Below are positions 58,434 to 64,000 of a stretch of DNA of 64,000 nt, piece after piece; position 1 is the stretch's first letter, and each line of letters begins with the position of its first letter. This DNA comes from Nocardioidaceae bacterium (GTDB lineage: Bacteria > Actinomycetota > Actinomycetes > Propionibacteriales > Nocardioidaceae): positions 2,472 through 66,471 of the forward strand of contig JAICWH010000002.1 of assembly GCA_025934895.1 (NCBI GenBank), read 5' to 3'. The translations under genes were made by a program, and so were the position numbers. The notes beneath the pieces are model-generated. The model was not told the origin of the DNA. It did not search any database and saw only the letters and a list, made by a program, of their open reading frames with translations.

Positions 58434-59510
58434 ATGCGACTTCCCACGACACCGACCCCCATCGTCCTCGCACCGATGGCCGGCGGCCCGGGGACCCCGG
58501 AGCTGGTCGCCGCGGTCGGATCGGCAGGCGCTCTGGGGTTCCTGCCCAGCGGGTACGTCGATGTGGACACCCTGCGAACGAACATCGACGTCGTGCGCTC
58601 CCGCATCGGCGGGAGCTTCGGCGTCAACCTCTTCGTGCCCGCCGCACCGGATGCGGAGCGGCTGCAGCGCGCCGAGCAGTACGTCGCCCGGCTGGCGGCA
58701 TGGGCCGAGACGGTCGGCATGCAGCCGGACCGACCGGCGTACACCGACGACCACTACACCGACAAGCTCTCCCTCCTGGTGGAGCAGCGGACGCGGGTCG
58801 TGTCCTTCACCTTCGGGCTTCCGGACCAGGAGGCGGTGGACGCGTTGCACGACGTCGGCAGCTCGGTGCTGGTCACGGTGACGAACCCCGAGGAGGCGAG
58901 CGCCGCCGTCGCCCGGGGAGCCGACGGCCTGGTGGCGCAGGGCTGGGAGGCCGGCGCCCATCAGGGCGGCTGGCTCGACAGCGCGGAGCACTGGGGCGTT
59001 CTGCCCCTGCTGCAGAGCCTCGTCGAGCAGGTCGACACACCGTTGGTCGCCGCCGGCGGGATCGCCACCGGGCGCGCCGTCGCGGCGGTGCTGACCGCCG
59101 GCGCGCAGGCCGCCATGCTGGGCACGGCGTTCATGAGGTGTCCGGAGGCAGGGACCGCGCCTTCCCACGCAGCAGCCCTGCACGGCTCCGGTCCCACCCT
59201 GATGACGCGCGCCTTCACGGGCCGGCCGGCGCGGGCCCTGAGCAACGAGCTCGCCAGCCGGTTCGACGCGGTCGCCCCCGACGCCTACCCCGAGGTGCAT
59301 GTCGCCACCAGCCGGATGCGCGCCGACGCCCGCAGCCGCGACCACACCGACCGCTACCACCTCTGGGCGGGGCAGGCCCATGCGTTGGCCCGTGCAGTGC
59401 CGGCGGCCGACGTGGTGGCGACCCTGGACGGTGAGGCTCGCGCCGCGCTGCAGCGAGCAACCCTCTCCTGGGGAGCTGGCGCACCTGCCAAGCCGGGCCG
59501 GCAGGGCTAG
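58434..59510 (+). CDS. Nitronate monooxygenase / 2-nitropropane dioxygenase family flavoprotein
   Basis: PIVLAPMAGG, QGWEAGAH, AAGGIATG, LGTAF, TRAFTGRPARA, LWAGQ. Confidence 0.9.
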   Translation: MRLPTTPTPIVLAPMAGGPGTPELVAAVGSAGALGFLPSGYVDVDTLRTNIDVVRSRIGGSFGVNLFVPAAPDAERLQRAEQYVARLAAWAETVGMQPDRPAYTDDHYTDKLSLLVEQRTRVVSFTFGLPDQEAVDALHDVGSSVLVTVTNPEEASAAVARGADGLVAQGWEAGAHQGGWLDSAEHWGVLPLLQSLVEQVDTPLVAAGGIATGRAVAAVLTAGAQAAMLGTAFMRCPEAGTAPSHAAALHGSGPTLMTRAFTGRPARALSNELASRFDAVAPDAYPEVHVATSRMRADARSRDHTDRYHLWAGQAHALARAVPAADVVATLDGEARAALQRATLSWGAGAPAKPGRQG

Positions 59511-60553
59511 GAAAGGGCGGTGAGCGCCGCGTCCACGTCGGCGTCGGTCGAGTACAGGTGGAAGGACACCCGCAGCGAGCCGGCCCTCTCGGCCGCTCGG
59601 ATCCCCGCAGCAGCGAGCCGCTCACCGGCGCCCGGCAGCCGGGTGCTGACGATCGCGCTGTTCGAGTCGGGCATGCCCAGACCCCGCCGGAAGCGGTTGG
59701 CCAGCCGCACGTCGTGGTCGTGGATGACCTGCACGCCGACCTGTTCGATCAGCTCGAGGGCGGGGGCAGCACCCACCCAGCAGTGCCAGGCTGGTGAGAG
59801 GTCGAAGCGTCGGGCGCTGTGAGCGAGGTGGACCTCGGGACCGTAGTAGCTCTCGTGCACGGCCTCGCCGGAGTACCACCCGGCCGCCAGCGGCCGGACC
59901 CGCTCTCGCAGCCCCGGGCTGACATAGAGGAACGATGTGCCCCGCGGTGAGCAGAGCCACTTGTACGCCGCGCATGCCAGCGCGTCCACGTGCTCCACAC
60001 CGACCGGCAGCCACCCAGTGGCCTGAGTCGCGTCGACGACCACCACGGCACCGACTGCATGCGCACGGGCGGCGACCTCAGCCAGGTCGACGACCTCGCC
60101 GGTCGCCGACTGCACGGCGCTCACCGCTACCAGGTCGACGCCGTCGACGATCGAGTCCAGGAGCGCGGGCAACGGCGGTGTCCGGACGTCGACCCCACGT
60201 GAGGCGTGCACCTGGTACGGGAACAGGTTGGAGCCGAACTCGACGTCCGGAGCGACAACTCGCGCACCGTCGGGCAGCGCTGCGGCGACCAGGCCGATCT
60301 GCTGGGACACCGCTGAGCCGATCGACACGTCCTCGTCGGCGGCGCCGACCAGCCGTGCGAAGGCCCGTCGCGCCCGGTCGGTCGAGGAGTCCCACTCCTC
60401 CCACGACGTCCTCCCGTGACGCCACTCGTCGAGACCCGACTGCATCGCCGACCACGCGGTCCGCGGCGGCAGCCCATAGCTGGCCGTGTTCAGCCACCCC
60501 GGTTGCGCGTCGAACAGCGCTTGCGCAGCGCTGAGGGACAGGTTGCCGGTCAC
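59507..60553 (-). CDS. Class V PLP-dependent aminotransferase / cysteine desulfurase-like
   Basis: WLNTASYG, VSAVQSATG, VDATQATG, ACAAYKWLCSPRG, RVSFHLY. Confidence 0.9.
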   Translation of the reverse strand: MTGNLSLSAAQALFDAQPGWLNTASYGLPPRTAWSAMQSGLDEWRHGRTSWEEWDSSTDRARRAFARLVGAADEDVSIGSAVSQQIGLVAAALPDGARVVAPDVEFGSNLFPYQVHASRGVDVRTPPLPALLDSIVDGVDLVAVSAVQSATGEVVDLAEVAARAHAVGAVVVVDATQATGWLPVGVEHVDALACAAYKWLCSPRGTSFLYVSPGLRERVRPLAAGWYSGEAVHESYYGPEVHLAHSARRFDLSPAWHCWVGAAPALELIEQVGVQVIHDHDVRLANRFRRGLGMPDSNSAIVSTRLPGAGERLAAAGIRAAERAGSLRVSFHLYSTDADVDAALTALS

Positions 60554-60886
60554 GGAAGGTCCGGAGGGGCGAGGGCTGCCACGACGCCACCATAGCCACG
60601 GTCGCGACCTGCGGCCTCCGCGTCATGCACCGACGCGACCGGAGTCATAGGGCAAGCGCCGCGACGGAAGACCCCTGGGTTGCGGCGTCCCGGGCACCCT
60701 CGTCTAGGCGAGGGTGCCCCCGAGGGTCACCCGGCGAGCCCCCTCTCGGGTGACCCTCGGAGCGGTCCTGTCCTGGGAGGGGACCGCTCCTCCGGGGTGC
60801 GGTCGAGCCTCCGTCTCGCGTCATCCCGCGAGCTCCCGGGAGTCAGTGGTGGCAACGTCGCGTTACCACCAGGAGGCAGGCCCGTC

Positions 60887-61123
60887 ATGACGAACCCGGC
60901 AGTCAGCGACCACGCGCTCGAGGAGAGCAGGCGCAGGATCGAGCAGATCACGCAGGTGGTCGTCCGGCACGTCTACGCGGACATGATGGGGCGCCCGGCG
61001 GACCAGGTCTACCGCGTCCTCAACGCGCGGCTGCACGCCGCAGACGTGCCGCTCGACAGCGAGCAGGTCCGGCAGTACGCCGAGTCGATCAGCGACGGCA
61101 CCTGGTCCGGGCAGCGACGCTAG
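60887..61123 (+). CDS. Hypothetical 78-aa helical protein
   Basis: AGGAGG RBS at 60871-60876, ATG at 60887, coding-like codon usage. Confidence 0.7.
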   Translation: MTNPAVSDHALEESRRRIEQITQVVVRHVYADMMGRPADQVYRVLNARLHAADVPLDSEQVRQYAESISDGTWSGQRR

Positions 61124-61293
61124 CCACGCTGCGGGTCCCAGGGGTCCCCGTGGTCACCGGCAAGGACCTCGTCGACCTCAGCGGGCGTCAGGCCGCCGTC
61201 GCGCCTGGAGGCGGCGATCATCAGCTCCGTCGCCAGCCTTATCTCCGCCAACAGCTCGTCGTCGTGCAACGACACGTCGAACTGGTCCGTCAT
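61120..61293 (-). CDS. Hypothetical 57-aa acidic protein
   Basis: MTDQFDVSLHDDELLAEIRLATELMIAAS..; GAGGG upstream; stop overlaps the stop of 60887-61123 (CTAG). Confidence 0.65.
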   Translation of the reverse strand: MTDQFDVSLHDDELLAEIRLATELMIAASRRDGGLTPAEVDEVLAGDHGDPWDPQRG

Positions 61294-61556
61294 GCCCTCA
61301 CCCTTTCCCTGCGGACGCTCGAGCCCCGTCGGTGTCCGCGATGTCCGCGGCTGTATGACTCCGGGCCGGGCCGTCCATGACGCGGGCGACCTGGTATCAC
61401 GGCGGGCACTGCGCCGTACAAACCTGGGCACTCCCGTCGACAACGGACCGCTCCGGGCGCATCCTGGAAGTGGTGCAGCGAGGTTGCCGAGGCTATGGTC
61501 ACGGGGCGGTCGCGCCCTGCGACCGTGCCACCTCAACGGTCGGGGAGGGACGGTCT

Positions 61557-62663
61557 GTGGACGGCGCCCGGTCTGAGCTCGGACCCGACGACCAGGTCAT
61601 CGTCGACCTGGTGCCGATGGTGCGCAAGGTCGTCGGGTCCCGGATCCGCGACCCGCACCTGGTCGACGACCTCGTGCAGGAGACGCTGGTGCGGGTGATG
61701 GCCGCCCACTCACGGGTGGAGGGCGACACCATGGCGCCGTACGCCGCGGTGACCGCGCGCAACGTCGTGGCGTCCTACGCCCGACGCAACGACCGGGCCA
61801 GGGCACGGGCGCATCTCCTCGCCCACGGCGACATCGACTCCTCGGAACGACCCGGGGACAGCCTGCTGCGGCAGGAGGACCGCTCGATCGTCGCCGCCGC
61901 GCTGGCCCGCCTGCCGGCGGCCGAGCGGGACATCCTGGTTGCGCACGAGGTGAACGGGGACGACACCCGGACGCTCGCTGCGACCCGGGACACGACGCCC
62001 GGGGCGGTCGCCGCGCAGCTGGCCAGGATCCGGGCCAAGATGCGGGTGGAGTACCTCCTGGTGAAGGAGAACCTCGAGCCACCCACCGACCGCTGTCGTG
62101 CGGTGCTGCGAGCGCTCTCGGCAGGCGACCGCCGCCGACAGCGGGAGCTCGACACCGGCGCCCACCTGCTGGAGTGCGACTGCTGCGCCCTGGTCAGCGC
62201 CGGCCTGCTCGACCGGTGGTCGGCATCCTCGAGCGACGACGAGATGCGGGTGCCCGTCGCCAGGGACGCAGATGTCGTCACGGCGCGCCAGACGGGTCGT
62301 CAGGTCGCTGCCCGCCTGGGCTTCTCGCCCACCGACTCGACCCTGATCGCCACCGCGATCTCGGAGATCGCCCGCAACATCGTCAAGTTCGCAGAACGTG
62401 GTGAGATCGTGATCAGCCACGTCTCCACCGGCGGCTCAGACGGCATCTCGATCGTCGCGCGCGACGTCGGACCAGGGATCCCTGCGTTGGAGCAGGCCAT
62501 GCGCGACGGCTACAGCACCTACCGAGGCCTGGGTCTCGGTCTGCCGGGCGCCAGACGACTGATGGACGAGTTCGACGTGGTGACCGAGGTCGGCAAGGGG
62601 ACAACGGTCTCGATGACGAAATGGCACTCAGCGCGACGCCGACCCGGCGACAATGAGAACTGA
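61557..62663 (+). CDS. Fusion of ECF sigma factor (sigma2+sigma4), ZAS-type zinc finger and RsbT-type serine kinase
   Basis: GTG 61557 with GGGGAGG RBS; sigma2 DDLVQETLVR..ARNVV; sigma4 LARLPAAERDIL..GAVAAQLARIR; C..HLLECDCC; RsbT DVVTARQ..ATAISEIARNI..DVGPGI..GYST..GLGLGLPGARRLMDEF..GKGT..KW. Confidence 0.9.
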   Translation: MDGARSELGPDDQVIVDLVPMVRKVVGSRIRDPHLVDDLVQETLVRVMAAHSRVEGDTMAPYAAVTARNVVASYARRNDRARARAHLLAHGDIDSSERPGDSLLRQEDRSIVAAALARLPAAERDILVAHEVNGDDTRTLAATRDTTPGAVAAQLARIRAKMRVEYLLVKENLEPPTDRCRAVLRALSAGDRRRQRELDTGAHLLECDCCALVSAGLLDRWSASSSDDEMRVPVARDADVVTARQTGRQVAARLGFSPTDSTLIATAISEIARNIVKFAERGEIVISHVSTGGSDGISIVARDVGPGIPALEQAMRDGYSTYRGLGLGLPGARRLMDEFDVVTEVGKGTTVSMTKWHSARRRPGDNEN

Positions 62664-62678
62664 CAGAGACGAGGCGAC

Positions 62679-63569
62679 ATGACGGACCAACGCCAGATCG
62701 ACGAGGCGAAGCAGGACGACCTGGGCGAGCCCGAGTTCCTTCTCCCTGAGCTGGTCGCGCATCTGCGGCACCTGCGGACTCCGCTTCGTCAGGAGTGGGC
62801 CAACCGGATCAACGACGCGCACCTGCTGTCCTCCATGACGGCCCAGGAGGTCTTCTCCGAAGCGACGTCGGTCTATGACAACTATGTCGAGGTCCTCGAG
62901 ACGGGCAGCGTGGAGGCACTGCGGCGCTACGCGCGAGACCTCTCCGAGCGCATCATCCCGCGCGGGGTCGAGACCCACGAGGTGGTCGGCATCGTGCTGC
63001 TGCTGCGCGACGTGCTCGCCCGGTCGCTGTTCGAGAAGTACCGCAACGACTTCGACCTGCTCAACCGCGTCCTCGACGCCTACGAACCGGCGGCCAACAG
63101 GATCGCGAACACGGTCGCGGTGAGCTTCGTCGAGGAGCGCGAGCGCGTCATCCGACAGCAGCAGGACTCACTCCTGGAGCTGTCCACGCCGGTGCTGCAG
63201 GTCCGGGAACGGCTGTTGATCCTGCCCATCATCGGCGTCCTGGACGACATGCGGGCCCGCCAGCTCACCGAGCAGCTGCTCGGAGGGATCCGCAACCACC
63301 GCGCGAAGGTCGTCGTGGTCGACATCACCGGTGTCCCCGACGTCGACCAGGCGGTGGCCAACTCCCTCGTCCAGACCGTCGACGCGTCGCGGCTGATGGG
63401 CGCCGAGGTGATCATCACCGGACTGTCCTCGAAGATCGCCCAGACCCTCGTGACGATCGGCGTCGACCTGAACAAGATGCGCACGGTGGGAGACCTGCAA
63501 GGCGGGATCGAGGAGGCCGAGCGTCAGCTGGGCTTCAGGGTGACCAGGCCGACCGATGCCCAGCCCTGA
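62679..63569 (+). CDS. rsbR: RsbR stressosome scaffold (helical sensor N-domain + STAS)
   Basis: QQQDSLLELSTPVL..LPIIGVLD..VVDITGV..LMGAEVIITGL..IAQTLVTIGVDL. Confidence 0.92.
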   Translation: MTDQRQIDEAKQDDLGEPEFLLPELVAHLRHLRTPLRQEWANRINDAHLLSSMTAQEVFSEATSVYDNYVEVLETGSVEALRRYARDLSERIIPRGVETHEVVGIVLLLRDVLARSLFEKYRNDFDLLNRVLDAYEPAANRIANTVAVSFVEERERVIRQQQDSLLELSTPVLQVRERLLILPIIGVLDDMRARQLTEQLLGGIRNHRAKVVVVDITGVPDVDQAVANSLVQTVDASRLMGAEVIITGLSSKIAQTLVTIGVDLNKMRTVGDLQGGIEEAERQLGFRVTRPTDAQP

Positions 63570-63987
63570 GCTCCCGGGCACCTCCGAGCCCCTGCGCGTC
63601 TCGATCCTGACCCAGGGACAGTTCCTCATCGTGTCCATCCACACGGCGCTCGACGACACCCAGATGACGCGCCTGCAGGAGGACCTGATCGAGCAGGTCG
63701 GTCGTCAGCGCTCGCGCGGCATCATCGTCGACGTGTCCACGCTGGACGTCCTCGACTCGTTCGCCACCCGGACCCTGACCCAGCTCGCGCACGTGGCGCG
63801 CCTACGCGGGGCCGAGACCGTCGTCGTCGGCATCAGCCCCGAGGTGGCGATCGCGATGGTCCAGCTGTCCCTGCAGATGAGCTTCGTGCACACCGCACTG
63901 GACCTGGAGGAGGGACTCCAGCGGCTGGGCGAGCTCACGGGTGCGCTCGACGAGGCGGCGTTCCTGGGGACTCGCTCCCGTGGCTGA
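63556..63987 (+). CDS. rsbS: RsbS STAS antagonist
   Basis: LIVSIHTALDD..LQEDL..GIIVDVSTLDVLDSF..LRGAETVVVGISPEVAIAMV..LDLEEGL. Confidence 0.92.
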   Translation: MPSPELPGTSEPLRVSILTQGQFLIVSIHTALDDTQMTRLQEDLIEQVGRQRSRGIIVDVSTLDVLDSFATRTLTQLAHVARLRGAETVVVGISPEVAIAMVQLSLQMSFVHTALDLEEGLQRLGELTGALDEAAFLGTRSRG

Positions 63988-64000
63988 CCTCGCCGACTTC
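63980..64000 (+). CDS. Probable start of the next operon gene (truncated by window edge)
   Basis: GTGGCTGA overlap with the rsbS stop; open to the end (VADLADF); too short to assign. Confidence 0.3.

Overview
GC-rich actinobacterial chromosome segment; gene content and synteny suggest a Nocardioides-like organism (inference). It probably lies at the replication terminus, because a 28-bp XerCD dif-type site sits at 3936-3963. The conserved backbone comprises malQ, fdhD, sbcDC, tldD/tldE and the mycobacterial-type block pgsA2-DUF881-sbp-DUF881-gcvH-garA-MerR-DUF151-MerR-(glycine riboswitch)-gcvP. It also includes fdhA, an acyl-CoA ligase/cyclase pair, a heterodimeric ABC exporter and leucine-catabolism carboxylase/HMG-CoA lyase genes. 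The most striking system is at the right edge. One ORF fuses an ECF sigma factor, a ZAS-type zinc finger and a complete RsbT kinase, and is followed by rsbR and rsbS, suggesting a stressosome that could directly hold and release its own sigma factor. Other highlights: (1) a 35.5-41.1 kb patch of micro-proteins, including two unannotated paralogous 52-aa Cys-rich proteins, a stand-alone PcrA/UvrD Tudor-like domain and an atypical Lsr2; (2) an in-frame GNAT-Dps read-through with a SigB/SigF-type promoter embedded in the linker; (3) a ~32-bp-period REP-like repeat family at three loci; (4) a HAD pseudogene with an internal deletion. I found no rRNA, tRNA, CRISPR array or transposase. Family assignments come from motif recognition by eye, not database searches.
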